A DNA stretch of 64,000 nucleotides from Chrysomallon squamiferum (GCA_012295275.1 CM022672.1:23188001-23252000); one strand, 5' to 3'. Shown: positions 39,700-52,933, numbered from the stretch's first letter. The notes: a model not told the origin generated them from the letters alone. Program-made: numbers and translations.

Positions 39700-41020
39700 T
39701 TACAGTCAATATGTCAAACTTGGCATTTGGCCTAATGCCTGAAATGTTTAGGAATTTAGTCTAACATCAAGACAGTCAGGAGTTTGGGCTAATGACTAGA
39801 ATTTCCAGGAATTAGGCCAATGATTGTGCATTCTCTGTTCACATCATCAACAACAGCAATCTCTGGGGACGCATATCAAATTGGTTTCTGGAATAATTGC
39901 CTTTCAGAATTCGCGACGGGCATGCTATGGTATACTGTCCATTGTCATCAATATTTAAAATGACTCCCAGCAGGTTCCTGGGGTCACCACTGCCTCTGTC
40001 CACGGCTGGAACAGAAACTACCACGTTCTCTCCTTCTTCTTTGTTCATCCACTCGGCGGTCAAAACAACATCTTCTGCGTTTTTCGTTCATCCAATGTCG
40101 GCTTGGTAAAATTAAACATCTTCGGTGAGTTTTTGCGCTTGGGTTGGACAATGTCAGGCTCAGGAACTGCATTAGGCGGCAACTAAACCATCCTCTGAAA
40201 ATTGCGGAATGTTATTAAAATTCAGCTGGTCACTTTATTTCTTGACCAGACAAATTACTACAATTATCCTAAATGTGTTACAATACTTGTTGGAAATGTA
40301 AAATGCCCAAACGGTTCCATTCAAGATAACATGGGCGGCATCTTTATCATTGGGATTTACCTGATAGCAGAAAAGGTCGTGTTCTGACTGAAATTCAGGA
40401 GATAATTAAACCGTCCATCCGGTTTTTGAAAATTGTAGAATTTTAACTGAAAAACTTGATGCCTACAATCCAGCCCTTGTTTTTCTCGCTCATCCAGGCT
40501 ACTAACATTCTTTAATGTCTGAGTTTGCCCAGACGAATTTGGGGATGTCTTGGTTTCCTGTAATTATCCAAAATATTCCTTCACACCACAGCTTAAACTC
40601 GGATCCCTTGTCATTCTGGAAAACTGTATCCTGAAATGCCCATCCGCTGAAAAAAAAAAAAAAAAAGAGCCTGAAATAGGACAAATGGTTCCCATGGTCC
40701 AAGATAACATTGGATGTCTACAATCCATTTCACGCAACGAAGCCTTTGGTCAAATTTATAAAACCAATGGGTGTCTTTCTGTTGACAGTCCATGCATAGC
40801 GATGCCAACAGTTCGATAGCTTCACTTGTCTCTTGACATGTTTTGGATAGTTCTTTCAGTTTCCGATCCTTGGCCTGTTGAGATGTGTTCAGATAATGTC
40901 TCGTCCAATTTATTCTTGCATCCAACTCGGATTCTCGCTCGCAACTCAAAGCAAAACTCGACCGGGCCACTGCTCGTATATCGGAAAAGTGGTAAGTTGA
41001 TGCACTCGTAAGTCAAAATC
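39700..41020 (-). mobile_element. Decayed KRBA2/SCAND3-like (Ginger-type) DDE integrase/transposase
   Basis: Fragments DRKLKELSK..EAIELLASLCMDCQQK (zinc-binding region), FQNDKGSEF (compare the integrase core LQSDNGREF) and VVVSVPAVDRGSGDPRNLLGVIL..GNYSRNQFD (typical C-terminus). Frameshifted. Confidence 0.7.
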
Positions 41021-43047
41021 CACTGTATTTATTATTATTATTTTTGTTTTGTTGCTTTTATTATTTTGTGTTTTGTTGTTTTTTGTTATTATTATAAATT
41101 ATTTTAGAACACTTTTGAAATTTTTTATGAAGAGACGAAGCTTAAAGATTAAAGAGAAACTGAAAAAGTAACAAAATAAAAACTTTTGAAAAATTATGTG
41201 ATGTATTTTCTTCTAATCGACCTTTTGATTTTCACACTAAAGACCTTTGTTCTTGCAAATAACAAAATAAAAGTTTAAAAAGAAACAATAACAAACCGCC
41301 GGACGAAAAAATAAAGGAAAACATTCTTCCGGGATAAAACAGAAACCGAACATAACAGAACAAAATAAAAAGAAGGAATTAATAGATGAAAAAAAAAAAA
41401 ACCAGACAAACAATACCGTCGCCACACCTTCAGTCTATTGTACCCCACCCAAAATACAGAAAAACAAAACTAACTTCGGTGCAAAAAAATTGTTTTATTC
41501 CTGATCATGTAACTCACTTCAGAGGCTTTCCTGAACAAGTTGCAAAAAAAAAAAAAAAAAAAAAAGTTTAAATGAAATACAAACAAGAAAAATCAGAAAA
41601 GAACAAATTATGAAAAAAGCAGAAGACAACTATTAAATAACAAAGAGGAAGGTAAATAACAACAACAAAACTTTCTAACGAATAAAGGCACTCACGAGCT
41701 CGAATTGTAATTTCCTCATTTGTGCAATAAAACATTTCTACAATTCACTTAAATAATAATAAAAACTGTTTCTCGTTATTCTAAAATTAATCATTTCGTT
41801 TACAGTTTCGAACTTTTCATTTGAACCAATTTTTTCTCACCCTATCCATTCTCACAAAAGCCACAGTATGCAACTATTTCTCGTTTTCATGATTCCTGTT
41901 CCTGAATAGGTTTCATATTTGAATTTTATCTAAAATAAGCTATCTCCTTTTATTGCATATTTCAAGAGCTTTTCAACGTGGAATAAAGGGGAAAAAAACA
42001 ACAAAACAACAGAACACTTTTCACGACAAAACAATGTTTACTACTTCATTCAAAAACGATACATATATATATTTAGAATTGCAATGCATATGTTTATTTG
42101 GAATTGCAATGCATATCTATATTTATAATTGCGATAGTGTTAAGAATTACAATTAGGCACGAATATTATCTTATTTAAAAAAAGTAATAATAATAAAATA
42201 TGTAATGCACCTCGTTAGTGTTTACTCCGAGCGAGTGAGAATGCTGTTTTGTAAACGGATATTTATCATTTCTTTCAATTTTGTTAAAGTTTAATTTCTG
42301 GCAGTTTTAATCTTTTTCTTCGATTTAATTAAAATTTGGTCTGCTTAGCCCCAATTTTCTTTTCTTTTCTAATTTTTTTTTGTTATAAATATAATGTGCA
42401 AAAATACTATAGATATATAATTCTAGACATATATAAAGGGTGTAGACGAAAATACTGAATTTGGAACTTACGTTATTTGTTCTTTCCATGCTGTCTTATA
42501 GGTTCGTGGCCAATCATATGATATGCATTCTCGATTAGTACGAATTTTGAATGCGAAAGCCACTGTGTTTCACTGTCTGTGTCGACGACAAGCAGTAGGG
42601 AAGAAGACTGATGCAGCAGTTTACATTAGTCTTCTGGTTTAGAATCTGATGACGATACAGACGACATTCATCATTTCTTGCTGAAGCGGAAGCGTCTCTG
42701 TTTCGCAGCGTGATCAACTCTTTATATACCAGACATTAAAACTTTGCTGTCAATTTATTAAGGTCAGTGTTTAATCTTTTGTCTATTTTTCAGAACGAAT
42801 ATTTTTGGAAAATGCCTCTAGCGCCTTGTTTACTGAGATGCAAACATGCAATAAATTTGTTTTTCAGTTAATCATGTTAATTATCATGCAATAAAAATAT
42901 GAAAATATCACGAAATTAGTGAAAAAAAACTTATTTTAAATGCTTTGGGACACACATAATAATTATAAAATGATTAAGGATAGGCCTAAAATTAGAGAAT
43001 GAAAATGAAAAAGAAATTTAAGTAAAACGATTTTTTTTACGTTAGAA

Positions 43048-43162
43048 CGGAAACGGCGCCGATTGATCTTTTGATGTTTTTCTTATAAAAATAGGCCCTT
43101 CATTTCAGCTCAACACTTTACCCGTTAGAACTGTCAAAGCTTCAGCTGACAATAACAAAAAG
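43048..43162 (+). promoter_or_regulatory. GRP8 promoter and non-coding exon 1
   Basis: CGGAA at 43048, TATAAAA at 43084, catttcagctc as in GRP1-7, donor AAAG|GTAAG at 43163. Confidence 0.72.
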
Positions 43163-43332
43163 GTAAGAAACAATTAAACGTCTTAAAATATTTATAGTTT
43201 TAAGTTAGAAATGTGTTTGGTTATATTATTTTCTCTTTCTGATCATAAGAGGTTCTGGTTTCTTTAATATTTAAATCTATTCCTTTGAAGAAAAAAATGT
43301 TTTTGTGTCTTACATTCTTTTTTGTTCATTGT

Positions 43333-43424
<92 letters not shown>

Positions 43425-44404
43425 GACATATATTTCTTTCTTCGTCATCATGTCCATTCTGTAGCTGTAGTGTACCAGACAGTTACTTTTCAAAACAGAT
43501 TGCGATATTCCCTCTGTCGTCTAACTGATCTTTCTCTATATCGTTTCCGTTTATATGATTTCCAAGATGTGATAAGCAATGTTTATCGGGGAGTTTCGTA
43601 TTCTTTTGAGGTATGTTTCCAGGTATACTTCCGTCTTCTTATCTATTCAATAACATATGTGACATTTGTTTTTAATTTACCCTTTACGCGCTGCTTTTTC
43701 GTTGTTTACTTGTTTAGATAATATCAGTTTGTCCGTACCATATGTCATTCCTGGGAGCGTACGGATGAGTTGTAGGACTGTATCCTCAGTGAAATTCAGT
43801 CCAGCCGGTCGTGATTCTTGTTTGAATCCTAATATTTATTTTATTTTTATTTGGTGCTTTTTCTCTATTTCAATGTCGGATTATATTTTTTTCAAAGCTA
43901 ACTCGTTCATCTTCTTTTTAATCCACAAACAGTTTCACTTTGAATTTTAAGTCGCCATAAAAATGAGATTCTAAATATAAAACGATGATACTGAAACCCT
44001 GCAAAAACAGAATATATACAAAGGCTGATAATGTTAACTTTACTGGGTGCTTCTGTTTTGTATCGTGATGATATAAATGCCATAGCTACTTCATGACTAT
44101 TTCCTTTCGAGTGCATCAAGATATTTTACATAAACACCGTAAATCATGGGATATATAATAGAAGGACAAATAAATGAATGAATGAATGAATAAATAAATA
44201 AATAAAAATACAAACAAATATTAATATCTTGTAGGTTATTAGCCTGGCTTTCCTTCCATTATGTAATTTATGTCGGAGAAATAAAACAGTGAAAAAAAAA
44301 GGACTTCAGTATCAAATAATTTAAAATGACATATTATGATCTTAGATAGATTAAATGTTAAATTTAATTTCACTTCCTATTTATTTATCATTTCAGTCTT
44401 AAAC

Positions 44405-44881
44405 ATGATGTCCATCATAATTCTTGTCTTGATTCCTCTTTCTGCCGCCACTTTTATGAGTGGTAGTAACGGCCATCCAATTATGTATACGCATTATGGT
44501 TCTGGATGGGGACATGGTTCAGCATCTGGACTTGGTGCTGGATTTGGACTTGGTTTTGGAGCGGGAATTGGTTCTGGATGGGGACATGGTTCTGGATGGG
44601 GACTTGGTTCTGGATGGGGACTTGGTTCCGGATGGGGACTTGGCTCTGGATGGGGACATGGCTCTGGATGGGGACATGGCTCTGGATGGGGTCTTGGCTC
44701 TGGATGGGGACATGGATCTGGATGGGGTCTTGGCTCTGGATGGGGATACGGATCTGGATTGGGACTTGGCTCTGGATGGGGACATGGTTCTGGATGGGGA
44801 CTTGGCTCTGGATTGGGACATGGATCTGGATTCGGATATGGAGGTGGATATATTTACCCAAAGCATTATGGATATTATTGA
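44405..44881 (+). CDS. GRP8: intact 158-aa secreted Gly/Ser/Trp/His-rich protein with GSGWG(H/L) repeats
   Basis: Acceptor at 44396 and ATGATG at 44405. Hydrophobic leader, hexapeptide GSGWG(H/L/Y) repeats and Tyr-rich end [13 protein letters not shown]. Donor 44885, acceptor 45217, AATAAA 45286. Confidence 0.92.
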   Translation: MMSIIILVLIPLSAATFMSGSNGHPIMYTHYGSGWGHGSASGLGAGFGLGFGAGIGSGWGHGSGWGLGSGWGLGSGWGLGSGWGHGSGWGHGSGWGLGSGWGHGSGWGLGSGWGYGSGLGLGSGWGHGSGWGLGSGLGHGSGFGYGGGYIYPKHYGYY

Positions 44882-46339
44882 AGGGTAATTATATCAAATT
44901 ATTTTCTTACGTTATATAGTTCTAGTTTTATAATGACTTATTAATTGTTTCATTCACTCACATATTTATATATGTATATTAGCTGATCTGGACTCTCAAA
45001 ACACAAACACGCACAAACACACATTATCTCTATCTCTCATATATGCCACTGTTGAAAATGTTACTCTTTAATAGTTTAATAATATATTTGTAGACTGAAG
45101 GTACTCACGGTGTGTATGTTTATCTGTTTGTGAGTAAGGCTGTATATATATATACAATATATTTTTTTCAAAATAGTTTTCAAAATCGTTTATTTATATT
45201 TTTTATTTATTTGCCAGGCCAAGACGAAGGCGAAAAATCCTCCTGAACGTTGAATAACTGATTCAGATTAATGGACTTTTTGAGAAATAAAAAATAATAT
45301 TACAGAAACAGCTAGTATTGTGTTGTATTTATAACAAACAACTTCAAAATATAATTTTTATTTTTATTTTAGTTAATTGATGTTCTTATACAGTGAAACG
45401 GATATAATTTTTATTGATATGAATATTTTTCTTTAATATCATACGAATATGAAATAGTAAATGATGAAAAGAGAAAAATATGAAATAACAAGTGCTGAAA
45501 AATCATTAATAAAGAAAAATACAGGAAATAAATAAAAAAATGATATCAGTAGTAAATAAAAACAATAATAAAATAATAAATAATACTTTAAAAAATAGGA
45601 ACAAACGAAACTAAAAAGATAAAAGAAAAAGAAAACAAATCAAATCAAACCAATAAAATGCTAGGGCATATATTCGTTTGTGGGTGTTTCTGAATGTGTG
45701 TGTATGTTTAAGGATATCAGCTGCAAAAAGCACTTGGGTTTGATGTACTGGCCATTGCTTCACGATGAAATATCATCCAGTGGTAAAGAACACCTGTATT
45801 TATACCGATAGCGCAAAAGGCCTTACATTCTTTTCCGTTATTTTACAAATGAACACTTCATATAAAGATATACAAGTCGTGCTCTCCGATTAATACTGTT
45901 AATAAATAATATAATTTTTTTTTTTTTTAAAAAGAACAAAAAAAAAATAAAAAATAAAAAAATAAAAATAAAAATAAAGATGCTTCCTAAATGGGTGATT
46001 GGTTCACCAAAGTATGAACTAAATTATTTTTGGAAACAAGAAAACAGAAAAGACTAATACAAAAATGACCAAAACTGTAAGGAAAATATATGCAGCTGAG
46101 AAAAGAACATTAAAGTTAATGGTACTAAAACAGTTTTTAAAAAATTACTATTTTAATGTTTCAGATTCAAAGTTGAAGGAGTAATAAAACAGATTACAGA
46201 AATAAATCGTGCATGCTTCAAGCCTATATTAAAAAAAAAAAACTTATGTTTTCACACCAAATTATCCCCAGGGTATTAAGAACAGGAAATGATTTTAAAG
46301 AGATACGATGAAAGGTGCTAGGTGCCTAACGGGTCAAAA

Positions 46340-46469
46340 CGGAAGTTTATCAATCAAAGTTATCAGAGAACGTGTATAAAAACCTTGCCGAGATGACCAT
46401 TTGGTCATCATTACATCTTCACTGCATCTTCAATTACATCTGTAGCAACAGCAGCAAGGAGAAACCAAG
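46340..46469 (+). promoter_or_regulatory. GRP9 promoter and non-coding exon 1
   Basis: CGGAAGTTTATCAATCAAAGTTATCA at 46340, TATAAAA at 46375, probable donor CAAG|GTGCGT at 46470. Confidence 0.65.
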
Positions 46470-47024
46470 GTGCGTAGTATTTATTTTACTCAATTCTTCT
46501 CCTTCACTTTCAGTTAAAATAATTGCATTATAAGCACATAAATAATCATTTTTCTTTTTGTATATCATTGCTCTTTCTATCTCTTTTTTTTTCTTTATTT
46601 CTTTCTAGCTTTGTCGTTGACTCAATTTCTCTCAGTCTCTACCTCTTCGTATAACAGATTTTACATATTTTAATAGTAACGTTTATTACAACTGTTCTTT
46701 ATACTGAACATAATTTTGTGAGAAGAAACTGAGTTGCCATTCTAATGGCTACATTTATTAGTTAGCAGTAAAAAAAGTGTTATATATGTACCATCACGTA
46801 AACAGTAAAGTATATAACTCGGGTTTTGTTAAATCTGAGTCGATCGATCGCTTGCTGGAACAGAAGGTATCCTGTAATGTTTTCATTATTATTATCCTCC
46901 ATCATCATCATTATCATAACCATCATTACCATTATTATTATTATTATAATTGTTATTGTTATTATTGTTGTTCGTGTTACCAATATTATTGGTGTCGTTG
47001 TTCTTATTATTAATGTTACTGCTG

Positions 47025-47068
<44 letters not shown>

Positions 47069-47080
47069 TCAGCCTTCAAG

Positions 47081-47347
47081 ATGATGAAACTGATCATCCT
47101 CGTTTTGGCCTGCCTTTCTCTGGCTTCTGCCCTTCCCTTTGGCTATGGCTGGGGCTATGGCTTGGGCTTGGGCGGCGGTTTGGGCTTGGGCGGTTTGGGC
47201 TTGGGCGGTTTGGGCTTGGGCGGTTTAGGCTTGGGTGGTTTAGGCTACGGTGGCTGGGGCTACGGTGGCTACGGCTACGGCTCGGGCTGGGGCTATGGGT
47301 ATCCATATTACGGCTTAGGCTATGGATTTCCATATTTGTTTCCATAG
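47081..47347 (+). CDS. GRP9: intact 88-aa secreted Gly/Leu/Tyr-rich protein with GGLGL/GGLGY repeats
   Basis: tttcag|ccttcaagATGATG. Signal MMKLIILVLACLSLASA, GGLGL repeats, GGLGY and GYGWGYG. Donor 47368, acceptor 48004, AATAAA 48107. Confidence 0.92.
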   Translation: MMKLIILVLACLSLASALPFGYGWGYGLGLGGGLGLGGLGLGGLGLGGLGLGGLGYGGWGYGGYGYGSGWGYGYPYYGLGYGFPYLFP

Positions 47348-48359
47348 ATAAGGCTGTATGCTATAAGGTAAATACTTTACTTATCTTTGTTGTAAGGGCA
47401 TACTGTTGACTCTCAATTTTCCGACCAAAAATAATTTATCCACCTTTTCCCAGATACGGACCAGCAACTCGTGAAGTTCCGATAGATCGCAGTTAACGCA
47501 TTTTGTTTCCTCGCATTTTAAAATTTTTTCTCAGAAAGAGAAATTTTTTGAAAACATTAAAAATTATAACGTTACTTAAAATACAACTTCTTTAATCAGG
47601 CATCTCTGTATATTTTTCTTTCATTATAATAATAGTATATTATGTAGCTGTTATGTATACTAAAATTTAATGTTACGGTATATTTTAAGGGTTAATGCTC
47701 GCATTCTCCGGGCCAGTGCTGCCCTCCTATCATTTGTTGGTGAAATCGAGGGTCGACAGTATTATACTTTGTGTGAAAGGCTGCCGATAATTCAGTTGTT
47801 GTAAATTTAGTTTTATTTTAGATAAATTAAGAATCACGATAATAATAATAAGGAGAATAAGGATAATAATGATGATGATAATGATGAAGTGGTGATAATA
47901 TATTTATGTTAATTTTGATAATAATAATAATAAAAAAATGCTGAATAATTAAATATATAAAATTATATTATTATTTTCTAATTACAATACGTTTCTTGTT
48001 TCAGACCTGGCTTACCATTTCTTGACAATCTTTCTGTATCATAGAACCAAAAAAATTGAAGACTGTATGGGCTTGATCAACCCATTTTTGTGCATTTACT
48101 CTGAGCAATAAACTCGGCATGCCAAGAAACTGTCTTTGTTATTTTAAAGACGCAATTATGAAGTCATCTTATTCTTATAATGAAATTCATTGTATATTTG
48201 TTTTTGTTTTACATTTAATACATAGAACTATTAAATAAAATGTTTAGAAGTTAGATGTAAACTATGATTCAAGTTATTCCATACATAGGATTTTGCACAA
48301 AACCGCTTGACGTAGCTATGTTAGAAATTAAAGATGTCCAATTATGCCATGTATGTATG

Positions 48360-48405
<46 letters not shown>

Positions 48406-49146
48406 GTGTTGAAAGCCGTAGAATCAGAAAATCTAACCCACATATACTGTTTTTCAAGTAATTCTTATTATTTATTTTTTATAAATGTTCTATGTTATAT
48501 ATTAAAATCTGAAGAAATAATAATTTTAAATAAACAACTAACAAATGAACAATTAATAATGCAAATTTTATTGTTTTATTTCAATCAGGTTCGCTGAGTC
48601 CCATGATTTACCAATGTTTTCAAAATCTTCATTCTTAGAAGTGATCTGAAACAAAGTATTAATAAAATCATTATGGAAGTGTTTAAAGTAAAACGTTAAA
48701 AAATAAGTAGGATCTCAGAAAATAGAGAAAAAGCAGATAAAAATCGTTATTTATCAGTCTACCTCATTAACCTCAATAAGCTAGAAAAAAAATCAGAAAT
48801 ACAAATAACAGTAAGATGCAATAAATAAATAAATAAAAAAATAAAAAAATAAATAAATAAAAAAAATAATAATAATAAAATAAAATAAACTCCAAAAGCC
48901 CTCAAAACAAAATACAAGTGCCACAAACCAGCGAAGCCTACCCGTAAAAATCTGAAGATCAACAAATTAAATAGTACAATTCAAAAATTTAATATCGTAA
49001 TTTACTAGCTCGTGTTAACTGTTTAGAAAATGATAACTACTAACATCTCTATGAAGAGATGAAATTATTATAATAGTTTATTAACAGATATACAAACACA
49101 CAGAGAAAATATTTACCTACATGAGTGCAGATCCACGTTCACACAC

Positions 49147-49187
<41 letters not shown>

Positions 49188-49385
49188 CACACACATATAC
49201 GTTTTGCATGCAAATATACAGACATATATAATAATATATACATCTATCTAAAAACGCAGCAAAACAACAACAACAACAACAACAAAAATAATAATGAAAA
49301 TTAAAATAAAATAAAATAAAATAAATTAAAATAAAATAAATAAATAAAATAAGTATGTAATTTGATTTAGCTGTTTAATATTTAC

Positions 49386-49811
49386 CTAATAATACTTTCC
49401 GTGGTGACCATAGCCGTATTTACCGAGCATCATCGGGTAACCATAACCTGAGCCGTGTCCCATACCGAAGCCCATGCCCAATCCGAATCCAGTGCCCATT
49501 CCGAATCCAGTGCCCATTCCGAATCCAGCTCCCAATCCAAATCCATGGCCCAATCCAAATCCATGGCCCAATCCAAATCCATGGCCCATTCCAAATCCAT
49601 GGCCAAATCCAAATCCAGTGCCCATTCCGAATCCAATGCCCGTTCCCATTCCATAGCCCCAGCCTCCGTAACCTGAGCCATACACTGGATACATCATATG
49701 GCCATGGCCGTGATAGCCATGACCATAATAGGGATGACCATAATAGCCGTAGTGGCCGAAGGCAGCTGACAGAGAGATACAGGCCAGAGCAAGGATAATA
49801 AGTTTCATCAT
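49386..49811 (-). CDS. GRP10: intact 141-aa secreted Gly/His/Met/Phe/Tyr-rich protein
   Basis: On the minus strand, acag|ccttcaagATGATG. Signal MMKLIILALACISLSAA, a His/Tyr head, GFG(M/L)G(H/T) hexapeptides and C-terminal HHGKYY. Donor immediately after the stop (TAG|GTAAA at 49385), exon-3 acceptor ~48646, AATAAA at 48580-48575. Confidence 0.92.
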   Translation of the reverse strand: MMKLIILALACISLSAAFGHYGYYGHPYYGHGYHGHGHMMYPVYGSGYGGWGYGMGTGIGFGMGTGFGFGHGFGMGHGFGLGHGFGLGHGFGLGAGFGMGTGFGMGTGFGLGMGFGMGHGSGYGYPMMLGKYGYGHHGKYY

Positions 49812-50609
49812 CTTGAAGGCTGTCAGTATTGAAAAGATTACGATTAAAAAATAAACTGGAACGTGAAAAAGGAAAAAGAAAATCATAATCAGTTTTTTTA
49901 ACAATTAAAATCAACTATTAACGATACAGTCCTTACGTTATTGCATTTCTGTGTACCACTACGATACTACGGTAATGTATAGATAAAATGAACTGTTTTG
50001 ACACTTTAATAAATGATAAAACATGTCTGTGCAGATCATCGATAGGACACGCATTTTTCTCAAATTTCAGTTTCATAATAAAACAAGTATCAGAAGATAA
50101 ATCTGCCATTTTCCTCTCTTAGATCGATTCAGATATGTTATTTTATACAGAATTACTGCTTCTTTTACGGCTAAAGAAAATATATATATTATAGTTTAAT
50201 TAATAATATTATCTAACTATTCGTAAGAGGAAATAATTTTATTAACTTGAAACACACAGATATAGCGTTTTCATGTCAATAGCTAAAACTATTAGGAAAA
50301 TTTAAGATTCCAACATGTATAGCTGACACGAATAGCTAACATCAGGAAAAAATAAAAGAAGTTTTTTTTTTCCATAAAATTTAAAAAAAAAACCATAATA
50401 AATAAATAATTAATAAGTAAGTAAATGAAGTTTTATATAAAAAAAATCAATGGCATAAATCTACACATTTTGTTATTTGTTCCATATTTTGATATTTATA
50501 TTTCAACATTTAACATTTTAATCAGATAACGTCTAATAAATAACTTGTGTTTTCTCTGAGCCGAAGAGTTAAGAATATTAACTGATTCGATTTTAATAAT
50601 ATATGTATT

Positions 50610-50658
<49 letters not shown>

Positions 50659-50732
50659 GCTGCTAGTATCACTACCATTACTACTGCTACTAGTACAACC
50701 GTTGCAAGTAATAATAATAATAACACTAACAC

Positions 50733-50763
<31 letters not shown>

Positions 50764-50897
50764 GATAAGAAGAAGAAGAAGAAGAAAGGAAAAAGAAACA
50801 GAAGAAGAAAAAAAGAAGAAAAAACGACAACATTTTTCCATACGAAGTCGTCTTATTACCGTTGTAACTGAAAATGTACAAACTAAATTTCGCTTAC

Positions 50898-51025
50898 CTT
50901 GGGTTGTCAGTATGCTACAGCGGAGTGGAGTCTGTGACAAGGAGTCAAAAACGCAATGATGAAGACAGCAATTGTTTTGCCTATTTATAGGAAATTTTTG
51001 ATAACTTTGATGGATAAACCTTCCG
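50898..51025 (-). promoter_or_regulatory. GRP10 promoter and non-coding exon 1
   Basis: Minus strand reads CGGAAGGTTTATCCATCAAAGTTATCAAAAATTTCCTATAAAT (51025-50983), with donor CAAG|GTAAGC at 50897. Confidence 0.75.
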
Positions 51026-51341
51026 TATATATCAATTTGTTATTACTCCTATTTTTATAAATTAGGCCCTTTTCGAACTCAAAATTTACACGAATTTCCC
51101 GAGGATACCAGAAGCGGTTCAAGGATTTTTGCAGGGGGTTACATCATTTATGCATGTTATGCAAATATAGCTAAGTCACAAAGCGGTGTGGAGAAGGAAT
51201 TTACTGAGCATTCAGCAAAGGCGGGCCACATGGAAGCTGGGATTGACTGCAGACATTTCTTTTTTTAATAATTTAAATTTCTGTCTGAGGCCGTATCTGA
51301 ATATATTCTATAAATATCAGTAAAACTTAAAAACTGAAACA

Positions 51342-51399
<58 letters not shown>

Positions 51400-51883
51400 T
51401 TCAGAGATTCATAGAAACATATGTGTATGTGTGTGTGTGTGTGTAAAATGTATTTACTGCTTACCAACCATTAATTAATTAATTAATTAATTAATTATTA
51501 TTATTATTATTATTATTAATTGAATTTGTGTATGTATTTATCTTTCTTTTTTTGTTACGTTTTTGTTTCATCATATGATGATGAGCGTTATGCTGGATTT
51601 CTAAAACTATGTTGTATCTTTATAACTGGAATCATGATATCATCGCGGTTTAATAACTGCATTGTTTGGACGAAAGCAAAACAAATCACAATCAGTCAGC
51701 TCTGCATGCGATGAGATCACGAAAAAACAAAAAACGACGGCTCTGTTAATTGGACTATTTCTTCTTATCACAAGAGATGCATTTTTAATATTTAAAATGA
51801 AATATACATTGGCAATTTAAATAATATATTTATAAAAAATAAGAAATAACCTTATTAATATTATTATTATTTTATTATTATTA

Positions 51884-51914
<31 letters not shown>

Positions 51915-52451
51915 GTTATTGTTACATTTTGATACCCTCTCTTTTTCATTTTCAAAATCATGTCTTCCGCTTCGTTTCTGTTATTATATTTTTTTATTCA
52001 AAAGTAAAAAAAAAAAAAAATAATAATATATATACATGAATCAGTCAACAATATCAAATATGCAACTATCGACTTAATGTTGCTTTATGCTAGTGAATAT
52101 TTCTTTTAAAGAAACACTGTTTATGCTATGGGGTGTTTACACTTTGCTAATTACCGGTGCAGATCCTTTCCCGAGAACCAATCCCACAGACTTCGAATCT
52201 CAACCCGTGAAACATACACAGAGGAAAAGAAAGAAAAGTTTCTTAAGAACATAATAACAGTCACATTTTTAATATACTGTTATGTGTTACAGTACTCATA
52301 GTTAACGGAAAGATAGACAAAGAAAAAGAAAAAGAAAAAGAAAGGTTGAAATACAGAGAGATGCGCTAACACACACACACACACACACAGATAGAGAGAA
52401 AGAGATAGAGCGAAAGAGAGACAGAGAAAGGAAGAAAGAGCGAGAGAGAGT

Positions 52452-52487
<36 letters not shown>

Positions 52488-52520
52488 CAGAGAGAGAGAG
52501 ACAGAGAAAGACAGACAGAC

Positions 52521-52616
<96 letters not shown>

Positions 52617-52933
52617 GATCCCCCTTTTCTTCATTTGTTAAGCACAAGTGAATCTTAAAGTGCATTTTAGCGTATGACCTGCAGAATAGTACGAGGAAGA
52701 CACATGATCAATACGTGCAGAAAAGGATTGTTGCACTATAGAGGAAGTTATGAGAAAGTTGTGCCACATTCCTGACGCTATGTCCTCAAGAATTATTGAG
52801 GATGGTAGATTTTAATTAGAAATAAAACCTTGAAAATTAAAAAAAAATGTATTGACTAATATAGCTCAGGGATATTAAAAAAACAGAAATGTGTAATGAA
52901 ATGATATTTCGGTCTCGTAATCGAATTAAAACA

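Noticed and set aside
46392-46409. Palindrome GATGACCA-TT-TGGTCATC after the GRP9 TATA box
   Set aside because: It is short, occurs once and is absent from the other promoters.
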